Positions 1 through 11,914 of a DNA stretch of 64,000 nt are shown here, one piece after another. The translations under genes were made by a program, and so were the position numbers. Each line of letters starts with the position of its first letter. Position 1 is the stretch's first letter. The notes beneath the pieces were generated by a model that saw only the letters and a program-made list of their open reading frames with translations, did not search any database and was not told the origin of the DNA. The stretch comes from Eledone cirrhosa (lineage: Eukaryota). The DNA lies in assembly GCA_964016885.1 (NCBI GenBank), contig OZ024760.1, positions 1,798,001-1,862,000 of the forward strand, in the 5' to 3' direction.

Positions 1-169
1 TAGATAGAGAGAGAGAGAGAGGTTTCAAAACCAGAAAGTACCAAAATGTCTTTTAGCAGATGTTGTCTATGGTACTGGTATGGTATGGTATGAGGGGGGA
101 GGCGAGAAATGTTGGATGCTGAATTCACTTTATGGGAAAACTAGTTTAACATTTTTGGTAATATTGTAG

Positions 170-2880
170 TTGTTGATGTTGTGAAGTGGACGCTTCATGT
201 TTGTGACAGGAGTTTTGTTGTCGTCGTGAAGTGGACACTACATGTTTGTGACACAAGTTTTGTTGTTGTGAAGTGGAAGCTACATGTTTGTGACACGAGT
301 TTTGTTGTTGTTGTGAAGTGGACGCATCATGTTTGTGACACGAGTTTTGTTGTTGTGGTGAAGTGGACGCATCATGTTTGTGACACGAGTTTTGTTGTTG
401 TCGTGGAGTGGACGCTACATGTTTGTGACACAAGTTTTGTTGTTGTCGTGAAGTGGACACTACATGTTTGTGACACGAGTTTTGTTGTTGTCGTGAAGTG
501 GACACTACATGTTTGTGACAAGTTTTGTTGTTGTCGTGAAGTGGACACTATATGTTTGTGACACGTGTTTTGTTGTTGTCGTGAAGTGGACGCTACATGT
601 TTGTGACACAAGTTTTGTTGTTGTTGTGAAGTGGACGCTACATGTTTGTGACACGAGTTTTGTTGTTGTCGTGAAGTGGACGCTACATGTTTGTGACACG
701 AGTTTTGTTGTCGTCGTGAAGTGGACACTACATGTTTGTGACACAAGTTTTGTTGTTGTCGTGAAGTGGACGCTACATGTTTGTGACACGAGTTTTGTTG
801 TTGTTGTGAAGTGGACGCTACATGTTTGTGACACGAGTTTTGTTGATGTGGTGAAGTGGACGCATCATGTTTGTGACACGAGTTTTGTTGTTGTTGTGAA
901 GTGGACGCTACATGTTTGTGACACAAGTTTTGTTGTTGTCGTGAAGTGGACACTACATGTTTGTGACACGAGTTTTGTTGTTGTCGTGAAGTGGACACTA
1001 CATGTTTGTGACACAAGTTTTGTTGTTGTTGTGAAGTGGACACTATATGTTTGTGACACGTGTTTTGTTGTTGTCGTGAAGTGGCCGCTACATGTTTGTG
1101 ACACGAGTTTTGTTGTTGTTGGTAAGTGGACGCTACATGTTTGTGACACGAGTTTTGTTGTCGTCGTGAAGTGGACACTACATGTTTGTGACACAAGTTT
1201 TGTTGTTGTGAAGTGGAAGCTACATGTTTGTGACACGAGTTTTGTTGATGTGGTCAAGTGGACGCATCATGTTTGTGACACGAGTTTTGTTGTTGTGGTG
1301 AAGTGGACGCATCATGTTTGTGACACGAGTTTTGTTGTTGTGAAGTGGACGCATCATGTTTGTGACACGAGTTTTGTTGTTGTTGTGAAGTGGACGCTAC
1401 ATGTTTGTGACACAAGTTTTGTTGTTGTCGTGAAGTGGACACTACATGTTTGTGACACGAGTTTTGTTGTTGTCGTGAAGTGGACACTACATGTTTGTGA
1501 CACAAGTTTTGTTGTTGTCGTGAAGTGGACACTATATGTTTGTGACACAAGTTTTGTTGTTGTCGTGAAGTGGACGCTACATGTTTGTGACACGAGTTTT
1601 AACGTTGTTGTGAAGTGGACGCTACATGTTTGTGACACGTGTTTTGTTGTTGTGGTGAAGTGGACACTACATGTTTGTGACACGAGTTTTGTTGTTGTGG
1701 TGAAGTGGACACTACATGTCTGTGACACGAGTTTTGTTGTTGTTGTGAAGTGGACGCTACATGTTTGTGACACGAGTTTTGTTGTTGCTGGAAGTGGACG
1801 CTACATGTTTGTGACACGTGTTTTGTTGTTGTTGTGAAGTGGATGCTACATGTTCGTGACACAAGTTTTGTTGTTGTGGTGAAGTGGACACTATATGTTT
1901 GTGACACGTGTTTTGTTGTTGTCGTGAAGTGGACGCTACATGTTTGTGACACAAGTTTTGTTGTGGTGAAGTGGACACTACATGTCTGTGACACGAGTTT
2001 TGTTGTTGTGAAGTGGACGCTACATGTTTGTGACACGAGTTTTGTTGTTGTGGTGAAGTGGACGCTACATGTTTGTGACACGTGTTTTGTTGTTGTTGTA
2101 AAGTGGACGCTACATATTTGTGACACATGTTTGTTGTTGTAAAGTGGACGCTACATGTTTGTGACATGAGTTTTGTTGTTGTGAAGTGGATGCTACATGT
2201 TTGTGACACGAGTTTTGTTGTTGTCGTGAAGTGGACACTACATGTTTGTGACACGAGTTTTGTTGTTGTGAAGTGGACGCTACATGTTTGTCACACGAGT
2301 TTTGTTGTTGTGGTGAAGTGGACGCTACATGTTTGTGACACGTGTTTTGTTGTTGTTGTAAAATGGACGCTACATGTTTGTGACACGTGTTTTGTTGTTG
2401 TAAAGTGGACGCTACATGTTTGTGACATGAGTTTTGTTGTTGTGAAGTGGATGCTACATGTTTGTGACACAAGTTTTGTTGTTGTCGTGAAGTGGACGCT
2501 ACATGTTTGTGACACGTGTTTTGCTGTTGTAAAGTGGACGCTACATGTTTGTGACATGAGCTTTGTTGTTGTGAAGTAGGTGCTACATGTTTGTGACACG
2601 TGTTTTGTTGTTGTAATGTAGATGCTACAAGTTTGTGACTGTGATACAAGTGTTGTTTTTGTTGTTGATGTTGTTGTTGTGAAGTGGATGCTACATGTTG
2701 GTGATTGTGATACAAATGTTGCTTTTGTTATTGTGAAGTGGTAGCTACATGTTTGTGACTGTGATACAAGTGTTGTTGTAATGTGAACGCTACATGTTTG
2801 TGACTGTGATACAAGTGTTATTGTAATGTGAACGCTACATGTTTGTGACTGTGATACAAGTGTTGTAATTGTTGTTGTTG
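170..2880. repeat. 42-45 bp minisatellite, about 60 units
   Basis: Unit GTGAAGTGGACGCTACATGTTTGTGACACGAGTTTT(GTT)n. Confidence 0.97.
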
Positions 2881-3140
2881 TGAAGGGCTGCCCCCTCGTT
2901 ACCGAGTATGGCCATTGCACGATATACCATTATTAATAATTATTAATTAATTCTATCGTGCAATGCCAGTGCGTGAAGAAATTTTTTAAAGTTAGGAAAG
3001 ACTGTGCACTGAGCCAATCCCACTCTCTGAGCGACAGTAAAAGAAGAAAAGATCAACATCATCGGTATCTACTGAGCCGCAGGTTTTATATCGGAGTTAT
3101 CCCAGTTTCCTGAGTTGCCTTCTCCTAGACGAATGCCCTG
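2878..3140 (-). mobile_element. Short non-autonomous RTE-derived (bipartite) retroposon
   Basis: RTE 5' UTR-like GTCTAGGAGAAGG..AACTCCGATATAAAACC joined to tail TGGCCATACTCGGTAACGAGGGGGCAGCC(CAA)n. Homologous to 11147-11512. Confidence 0.65.
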
Positions 3141-3204
3141 ACACAACACATCTACATAAACATGCACACATGTATATACACATATACATACATATGTACA
3201 CATT

Positions 3205-3400
3205 TTTGGATAGCCGTTGACTCTTATGAGTTCTTCCGCCCTTTGTCAGGTTTTGTTTTTTGTCCTGCAGGGTGTCCAAAATCACCTTCCTCACCAAGTA
3301 AACTTGGTGAGGTTGCCAGTTTAATCGCCGACGACCCGACCATGCGATAGGTTGTACTGGGTTACATGTTACCAGTAGCACTCAAGAGTGACCTGACATA
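3205..3400 (-). mobile_element. Structured retroposon UTR fragment (RTE-like)
   Basis: Hairpins CACTC/GAGTG, TACTGG/CCAGTA and CCTCACCAAG/CTTGGTGAGG. Resemblance to RTE UTRs is from memory. Confidence 0.5.
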
Positions 3401-3471
3401 ATATGTATATATGTATATGCAGATGTATATACAGATGTGAGAAAAACCACAGACCCTCCATCTCAACTCTA

Positions 3472-3507
3472 CTTTTGAAAAGCAGAAGAACTGCGAAACC
3501 GGTAAAG
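3472..3507 (+). ncRNA. Minimal type I hammerhead ribozyme, U3-A8 core variant
   Basis: CTT-TTGAAAA-GCAG(AAGAA)CTGC-GAAA-CCGG-TA-AAG. Helix I is only 3 bp. Confidence 0.7.
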
Positions 3508-3599
3508 GAACCAAATAAATATATATATTTTTTTAAAAATAAGGCTCCAGTGGCATTTTCGATTTCATCTTTTTTTCTTTATAAAAAGAACATCACTTT

Positions 3600-4123
<524 letters not shown>

Positions 4124-4124
<1 letters not shown>

Positions 4125-4470
4125 CATTTCATTTCATTTCATTTCATTTTACGTCCGCTTTTCCCTGCTTGCAAGGGTGGGATGGGAACTGATTCTGGCT
4201 TGATTTCTACAGCTGGATGCCCTTCCTAACACCAACCTCATTTACAGTGAGTGCTGGGTGCTTTTTTTGCCGTGGCACCTCCACGACCACTTTGCAGTGG
4301 AATGATATGGACCCCAGTCCCTATCATCTCATTTCTACAGCTGAGTAAACTGGAGCAATGTGAAATAAAGTGTCTTGCTCAAGGAAACAACACATCACCC
4401 GGTCTGAGAATTGAACTCACAACCTTTTGATTGCAAGGCCAATGCTCTAACCACTAAGCCATGTGCATCC
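4124..4470 (-). mobile_element. SINE family 1, tail-to-tail with the previous copy
   Basis: Near-perfect reverse complement of 3747-4085. Confidence 0.9.
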
Positions 4471-4709
4471 ATATATATATATACATTCATATAAATTTCT
4501 GAATTATGTTTTCATGTATTTTTAGGAGTGTGTGAGTATGAATATGGTGTGGTGAAGGTATGGGTGCGTGTGTACCTTTGGTGTGGGTGGGGTTGAGGGA
4601 GTAAGGCTTCACTCTTCTGTTTAACATTGGAGAACAAGTTGGTTTACTTGCTTAAATTTCTCCAAAGAAAATTGGTTAAGGTAAACATGAATCTAGAAGT
4701 AATTAACAC

Positions 4710-7070
4710 TGCCCTGCTGGGGTGATAAACAGACTGGTGTGGGGGAGGGTAGTGGGGGAGGGGGCTAGTGTTTGGGGTGGGGTGATAAACACATTGGTCT
4801 GGGTGAGGGCAGTGGATGGCGGGATAAGGTGAGGTGGTTTGTGGGGGGTGATAAACAGACTGGTGTGGGGGAGGGTAGTGGGGGAGGGGGCTAGTGTTTG
4901 GGGTGGGGTGGGGTGATAAACACATTGGTCTGGGTGAGGGCAGTGGATGGCGGGATAAGGTGAGGTGGTTTGTGGGGGGTGATAAACACACTGGTGTGGG
5001 TGAGGGCAGTGGAAGAGGGGTAATGTAAGGTGGGTAGTGTGAAGGGGTGGGGCTAATGTATGGTTGTTGGGGTAGTGGAGAGGTTAGTGAATGGGAGTGG
5101 GGCTAGTATATGGAGTGGGGTGGTCTGTGTGGGGGAGACGTGATAAACATACTGGTATGGGTGAGGGTAGTGGAGGAGGGGAGTAGAGTGAGGGGTGGAG
5201 TGGAGGGTGTTCGTGGTGTTGTTATAGGGGTGGTTAGGTGTGAGGCATTGGTGTTGGTGGGGTAGCTAATGGTGGTTAATGTCGTGGTGGTGGTGGTGGT
5301 GGTTGAAGGGGTGGCTAGTTGGGTGGTGGTATTGAAGGGTGGTACTTGAGGGTGGCTTGTGAGGGTTTGAAGGGTGGCTTGTGGAGGTAATGAAGAGTGG
5401 TACTTGAGGGTGGAGGTATTGAAGGTTGGTACTTGAGGGTGGCTTGTGGTGGTATTGAAGGGTGGTTAGTGGAGGCATTAGAAACGGTGGCTATTGCAGG
5501 GCCTGTGGTGGTGTGGCATCTGGTTGGTGTGTTGGGGAGTGGGTGGGGGGAGGTGGGTGGGGGAGGGGTAGTGGAGGTAAGTTGGGGGAGTGGGGGGGAG
5601 ATGAGATGGGTGGGGAAGGTAAGTTGGTCTGGAGATGAGAGGGTGGGGTGGGTGGGGAGAGGGTGGTGAAGGTAAGTTGGTCTGGTGGGGAGTGGGTGGG
5701 GAAGGGTGGTGAGGGTAAGTTGGTCTGGTGGGGGGGTGGGTGGGGAAGGGTGGTGAGGGTAAGTTGGTCTGGTGGGGGAGTGGGTGGGGAAGGGTGGTGA
5801 GGGTAAGTTGGTCTGGTGGGGGAGTGGGTGGGGAAGGGTGGTGAGGGTAAGTTGGTCTGGTGGGGAGTGGGTGGGGAAGGGTGGTGAGGGTAAGTTGGTC
5901 TGGTGGGGGAGTGGGTGGGGAAGGGTGGTGAGGGTAAGTTGGTCTGGTGGGGGAGTTGTGAGAGGGGTGGTGAAGGTAAGCTGGAAATAAACATCAAAGT
6001 ACAGGTGATAATCATCAGTTTAATGGAAATAAATAGATTAATGTATACAGGTGATAGACATTAGTGGAAGGTGTGTGTGGTGGGGGGTGGGGTGGGGTGG
6101 GGTGGGGGTGAGTGTGGGGGGCGGTGGTAGAGGGGGTAGTAGTGTGGTAGGAGTGGTAGTAGTGTGGTAGGGGTGGTGACAGTGTGGTAGTAGTGGCGGT
6201 AGTGTGGTAGGGGTGGTGATAGTGTGGTAGTAGTGGCGGTAGTGTGGTAGGGGTGGTGATAGTGTGGTAGTAGTGGCGGTAGTGTGGTAGGGGTGGTGGT
6301 AGTGTGGTAGAGGTGGTGATAGTGTGGTAGGGGTGGTAGTAGTGTGGTAGGGGTGGCGGTAGTGTGGTAGGGGTGGTGATAGTGTGGTAGTAGTGGCGGT
6401 AGTGTGGTAGGGGTGGTGGTAGTGTGGTAGAGGTGGTGATAGTGTGGTAGGGGTGGTAGTAGTGTGGTAGGGGTGGCGGTAGTGTGGTAGGGGTGGTGAT
6501 AGTGTGGTAGGGGTGGTAGTAGTGTGGTAGGGGTGGCGGTAGTGTGGTAGGGGTGGTGATAGTGTGGTAGGGGTGGCGGTAGTGTGGTAGGGGTGGTGGT
6601 AGTGTGGTAGGGGTGGCGGTAGTGTGGTAGGGGTGGCGGTAGTGTGGTAGGGGTGGCAATAGTGTGGTAGGGGTGGTGATAGTGTGGTAGGGGTGGCAGT
6701 AGTGTCGTAGGGGTGGTGGTAGTGTCGTAGGGGTGGTGGTAGTGTGGTAGGAGTGGTGGTAGGGGTGGCGGTAGTGTGGTAGGGGTGGTGATAGTGTGGT
6801 AGGGGTGGCGGTAGTGTGGTAGGGGTGGTGATAGTGTGGTAGGGGTGGCGGTAGTGTGGTAGGGGTGGTGGTAGTGTGGTAGGGGTGGCGGTAGTGTGGT
6901 AGGGGTGGCGGTAGTGTGGTAGGGGTGGCAATAGTGTGGTAGGGGTGGTGATAGTGTGGTAGGGGTGGCAGTAGTGTCGTAGGGGTGGTGGTAGTGTCGT
7001 AGGGGTGGTGGTAGTGTGGTAGGAGTGGTGGTAGGGGTGGCGGTAGTGTGGTAGGAGTGGTGGTAGTGTC
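4710..7070. repeat. G-rich minisatellite cluster (long unit 4710-5000, about 44-bp unit 5560-5960, 21-bp unit 6140-7070)
   Basis: GGGTAAGTTGGTCTGGTGGGGGAGTGGGTGGGGAAGGGTGGTGA and AGTGTGGTAGGGGTGGCGGT repeats. Confidence 0.9.
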
Positions 7071-8031
7071 GTGGGGGAGGGGGTAGTGATGCAGTGGTGC
7101 TGTTGGAGGAGTGGTGTTAAATGTGGTAATCATTTATAGTGATGGTGATGAAGGTGGTGGTGATGTAATTGGGGAAATAGATTTATCTCATCCCAAAAGG
7201 TAATAACCACAACACAACCATCTGCTTCTACTATCAAACTGCCGCTCTCTTCACCACCACCATTACAACCATCACCAACACTACCTCCACCTCACCTTCA
7301 GATTATTGGTGACACATTAAATCAGTGGGTCCAACCATTTTTAGCTTATGGCCCACTTTGAACCCTTAATTTTTCTGTGGCCCATGAAATTATTATAGTG
7401 TAAAAAATTACTTCTATTTCACATAGAATCATAATATAATAAAGTAAGGAGTGTGGGACTGCGTCCAGAATATATTTGTTTATCCCGTTTGTAAAATAAG
7501 TTGGATTACTTTGAATAAATAATGAATGAATATTACTTAATTTATGTACTAAATTTCGTAACAATTGATTAAATATAAATAATTTTATATATAAGGATTG
7601 TTATTTCAAGATTCACTTCGTTTAAAATTTTCAAATGTCAATACTTCCGGTTATGATATAATGGACCCTATATCACATCGCTAAGTCTCTCCTCAATTTC
7701 TGTGCATGTTCTCAATTAAGATTTTATTTGACATGTATCTACATGCATATATATTTGCGTATAATATCAATATGCACACTACACATGCTAGCAGAAAACC
7801 ACATGAAGCGTGGTTTTTCTGATAGTATATCTAATAAAGATACAACTATGTCTATTTATTGGACACACACAATTTCACAAACATCTAAAATATCTCACAA
7901 GATTTTCACAAAATTGAAATGGTGTAATTTTCTTTCTACAGTCAGAAAAAGTGGTATTTTCAATGCCTGACTAATTAAAAGTTATTTAAATACTAAGTAA
8001 TTAGTACATTTTTATAATCTAAATATATTCA

Positions 8032-8183
8032 AATATATTTCCTAGTGCCGAAGATGCTTCGTCCATGAGGATGCACCCTAATTTTGGCAAAAAAAAACAA
8101 CTTTCGGTCTCCCAGACGCATGGTAGATTTTTTAGACTTACTTTAGGAAAAAATTAGCATCTTCAACGCTTGGAAATACGGTA
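8032..8183. mobile_element. Tc1/mariner (Tc2-like) MITE remnant
   Basis: Right end GCATCTTCAACGCTTGGAAATACGGTA pairs imperfectly with left TATTTCCTAGTGCCGAAGATGC. Confidence 0.5.
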
Positions 8184-8238
8184 TTTACATTTAATTTCAC
8201 TAATTCAAGGACTAATAGTCAATAAAAGTTCTATGGAC

Positions 8239-8380
8239 TAGTGGTCGCCAACTGGTGGTCCGTGGACCACTGGTGGTGCAAAAGAATATTTTGGTGGTCC
8301 ACAGAAACATTTTAATATATTTATCTTTTTAAAATTATGAATTTAGTGGTCCATGTGGTCCGAAATGTTGGTGACCACTG
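8239..8380. mobile_element. hAT (Charlie-like) MITE
   Basis: TIRs (T/C)AGTGGTCGCCAAC and GTTGGTGACCACTG with a perfect 8-bp TSD CTATGGAC. Lone similar ends at 7323 and 8548. Confidence 0.88.
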
Positions 8381-8838
8381 CTATGGACCATTCAATAAGC
8401 TGTGGCATATATATTAGACTGGTGACCCAGTAACAATTATAACATTTTTGTGGCCTAACTGAAATTTGCCATAGTCCATTTTAGCCATATGGCCAAAGTG
8501 TTCTGTCACACCACATGTAGGGATTATCAATGACACGCAGCATAGTGCAGTGGTTCCCAACCTTTTGTGTACCATGCCCCACCTCAATATCTTAAAAATT
8601 GTTATACCCCACCCACACACACATACTTTGCTATAAAAACAGCAATGATCAACAGTAACATATAAAGAAATTGGTGTATAAGTGGTGCCAGACGTACAAT
8701 AACATGTATGGACGGGAGACAGGAGTTTCTGACAGTGATGTGTACCAAAGTTGCCTTAGTGTTAAAGTAATAAGGTAAAATCTGAAGTTTGTTCTCATTA
8801 ACATCATTTTTAAATTGCCCTCCTTAAATATTTAAACT

Positions 8839-9045
8839 GTGGTTAGAATGTCTCAGGAAAGAATAGTTGGACAGATTTTACGAGCAAAACCAACTGGCAA
8901 GAGACCCAGGGGTAGACTTTGAGCAAGATGGTTGAATAACATCCACAAGCTTGACTGGTCTCACTGGAGGGTCCAGTCGGATTACATGAAGATAGTTCCT
9001 TCTAACAAGACCCACTGGAAAGAGCGTTTGAGGACTCTGGCTTAG
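8839..9045 (+). pseudogene. Degenerate RTE/Expander-like RT C-terminal fragment
   Basis: Hand translation VRMSQERIVGQILRAKPTGKRPRGRL*ARWLNNI...THWKERL, with an internal stop. Confidence 0.7.
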
Positions 9046-9096
9046 AGACTTTTGATTCAACAAGGGCGTGGGGAGAATACAGTTTGAAATGACTTA

Positions 9097-9276
<180 letters not shown>

Positions 9277-9332
9277 TTAGATATATATAGAAAAATATAA
9301 GGAGGATTGTATACACACATATATATATATAT

Positions 9333-9334
<2 letters not shown>

Positions 9335-9370
<36 letters not shown>

Positions 9371-9692
9371 TTTACGTCCGCTTTTCCCTGCTTGCAAGGG
9401 TGGGACGGGAACTGATTCTGGCTTGGTTTCTACAGCTGGATGCCCTTCCTAACACCAACCTCATTTACAGTGAGTGCTGGGTGCTTTTTTTCCGTGGCAC
9501 CTCCACGACCACTTTGCAGTGGAATGATAGGGACCCCAGTCCCTATCATCTCATTTCTACAGCTGAGTAAACTGGAGCAATGTGAAATAAAGTGTCTTGC
9601 TCAAGGAAACAACACATCACCCGGTCTGAGAATTGAACTCACAACCTTTTGATTGCAAGGCCAATGCTCTAACCACTAAGCCATGTGCCTCC
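9335..9692 (-). mobile_element. SINE family 1
   Basis: Near-identical to 4124-4470, with a (CAT)n tail. Confidence 0.9.
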
Positions 9693-9745
<53 letters not shown>

Positions 9746-9748
<3 letters not shown>

Positions 9749-9900
9749 GTGTTAGGAAGGGCATCCAGCCGTAGAAAACCTGCCAGAGACGCCTCCGTAC
9801 AAGCGAGACACGGTTTCCCGACCAATTCCACATCAAATGGAACAAAACCATCTAACACATGCTAGCGTGGGAGATGGACGTTAAACGATGATCATGATGA
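9746..9900 (+). mobile_element. RTE/SINE 3' tail, separate subfamily
   Basis: GTTAGGAAGGGCATCCAGCCGTAGAAA...CATGCTAGCGTGG..GGACGTTAAACGATGA. Shorter tails at 10630-10695 and 11069-11128. Confidence 0.7.
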
Positions 9901-10274
9901 TCTGTCATTACTACTACAGAGGTCCAATGAGCTTTTAATTCCAGAGTCGGGCCAGATCAATACAGATCGAACCCTGAGCTGATCAATAGCGTAATGTACA
10001 TCAATCAATAAATGTAATGAAGGAGTAACCACTTGTCCTTGTATTATTATTATATATAAATCCCGCCGAGGTTAACTTTGCCTTTCATCCTTATGGGGTC
10101 GATAAAATAAAGTACCAGTAATCTACTGGGTAATTGCTGGCCTTGTGCCAAAAGTAGAAACAATTATTATTATATATATATATTTATATAATAGGTAAAC
10201 AGAAATAACAACACAGTCGGTATAGTATATGGAAGGAATATATTAGTTTAACGCTTGAAATAGCAGGAAGAGGG

Positions 10275-10310
10275 TCTTAACATTTTGGATGCTAGTCCTT
10301 CATCAGAAGA
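10275..10310 (-). ncRNA. Decayed minimal hammerhead (GAAA mutated to AAAA)
   Basis: TCTT-CTGATGA-A-GGA(CTAGCA)TCC-AAAA-TG-TT-AAGA. Confidence 0.55.
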
Positions 10311-10479
10311 AAGACGGAGAAATTAGATAGATTGAAGGGATGGGCAGGGCGGAACTGGAAAAAATGTTTTCAAAGAAAAAATAACAGATCCATTCATGTT
10401 GCCATCTCTTGGAAAACTCAAATTCGTTGGATTTTCATTCTGAAACTGGATTTACACCCAGAGTTCCCCTCAACTTCCA

Positions 10480-10601
10480 CCAAGAAATCTTTTTATATCA
10501 CTGATATTTTCTCATTTCACGAGGCTCGATAAGGATAAATATATATCAAATATATAAGAACCCTAGAGCAAATCCCGAGCAACGCCGGGCCATTCTGCTA
10601 G
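10480..10601 (+). mobile_element. Helitron 3' terminus
   Basis: Hairpin CCCGAGCAACGCCGGG followed closely by CTAG|T. The 5' boundary is uncertain. Confidence 0.65.
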
Positions 10602-11005
10602 TATACAATAAAAATATGGGTTGCCTCTCAACAAGGCAACTTGTCTAACCCATGCTAGCATGGAAAATATATGTTAAATGTTGATGATGATGATATATAT
10701 TCATATATATATATATGTATGCATATATACATACATATATGTGTGCGTTTATATATCACAATAAATTCACGGAGCCATAGACTCTCGTTATTCCCTGTCA
10801 ATAATCTGCTCAAAGGAAAAGGAATCCTGAGCTCTTTAAAATACAATATGTTGAAAAGGTAACCCACTAGAGAGAGATAGAGTGCTATCAATAAAACAGG
10901 GAAAAACCACCAGTGTATGGAATCTATAACCTATGAAAGGCAGAGTAGACACACGATAATTAAAAATATATCCCTGTTTTATTGATGGCGTACTATCTCT
11001 CTCTA

Positions 11006-11042
<37 letters not shown>

Positions 11043-11146
11043 AATATATGTGTGTTTATATATATATACCCGTCCAAACCCATGCAAGCGTGGAACACGG
11101 ACGTTAAACGTTGATGATGATGATGATGATATATATATATATATAT

Positions 11147-11512
11147 AAAACTCTGATATAACACCTGCAACCCTGATGGTATCCAATGATGTTGACTTGT
11201 TCTTCTTTTTGGTAAATATCATCTTGGTTAAGAGAGTGGGACTGGCTTTGTGCACTTTGTGCAGTGCCTTTGCTCACTATAAAAGCTTCACGGCACAGGC
11301 ATTGCTTTATATCTGGAGATCTCTCTGCACTTGTCACATGGTACCATGGACCCAGCACCATGTGTCAATAATTGTCACAAGTGTAGTGTTTGTACCAGAG
11401 TTTACAAGTCGCTGGCTGGACTAAAAAGTCACACTCGTTCAGCGCATCGGTAGGGGTTCTCCTACATGGATATGAAGTAGTGGCCGTACTCGAAAACGAG
11501 TTGGCAGCCACC
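11147..11512 (+). mobile_element. Non-autonomous RTE-derived retroposon retaining a C2H2 finger
   Basis: AACTCTGATATAACACC 5' motif; [23 protein letters not shown] at 11382-11453; tail TGGCCGTACTCGAAAACGAGTTGGCAGCC. Confidence 0.65.
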
Positions 11513-11532
11513 ATATATACATGCAGATATAG

Positions 11533-11575
<43 letters not shown>

Positions 11576-11914
11576 CATATATACATACATATATGTGTGC
11601 GTTTATATATATATATATATACATGCAAATATATGTGCGTTTACATATATATATATATACATGCAAATATATGTGTGTTTATATAGATATATAGATATAT
11701 ATATATATACATGCAGATATAGGTGTGTATATATATATACACAGCACATATACACACACAACAGTAAAGATGTGAAACTCTTCATAGATATCATACATTA
11801 CATAGATAAGACTAAATCGTTTGAATTGCTTAACTACTAACTAATTAAACTTAATATTCATTATTATCTTGCAAATATTCCCGACTCCATAGAATGGAAC
11901 AGCTGCAGTGAGAC

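Noticed and set aside
146-2920. Repetitive ORFs and CRISPR-like periodicity
   Set aside because: Head-to-tail minisatellite with no unique spacers and no cas genes; eukaryotic context.
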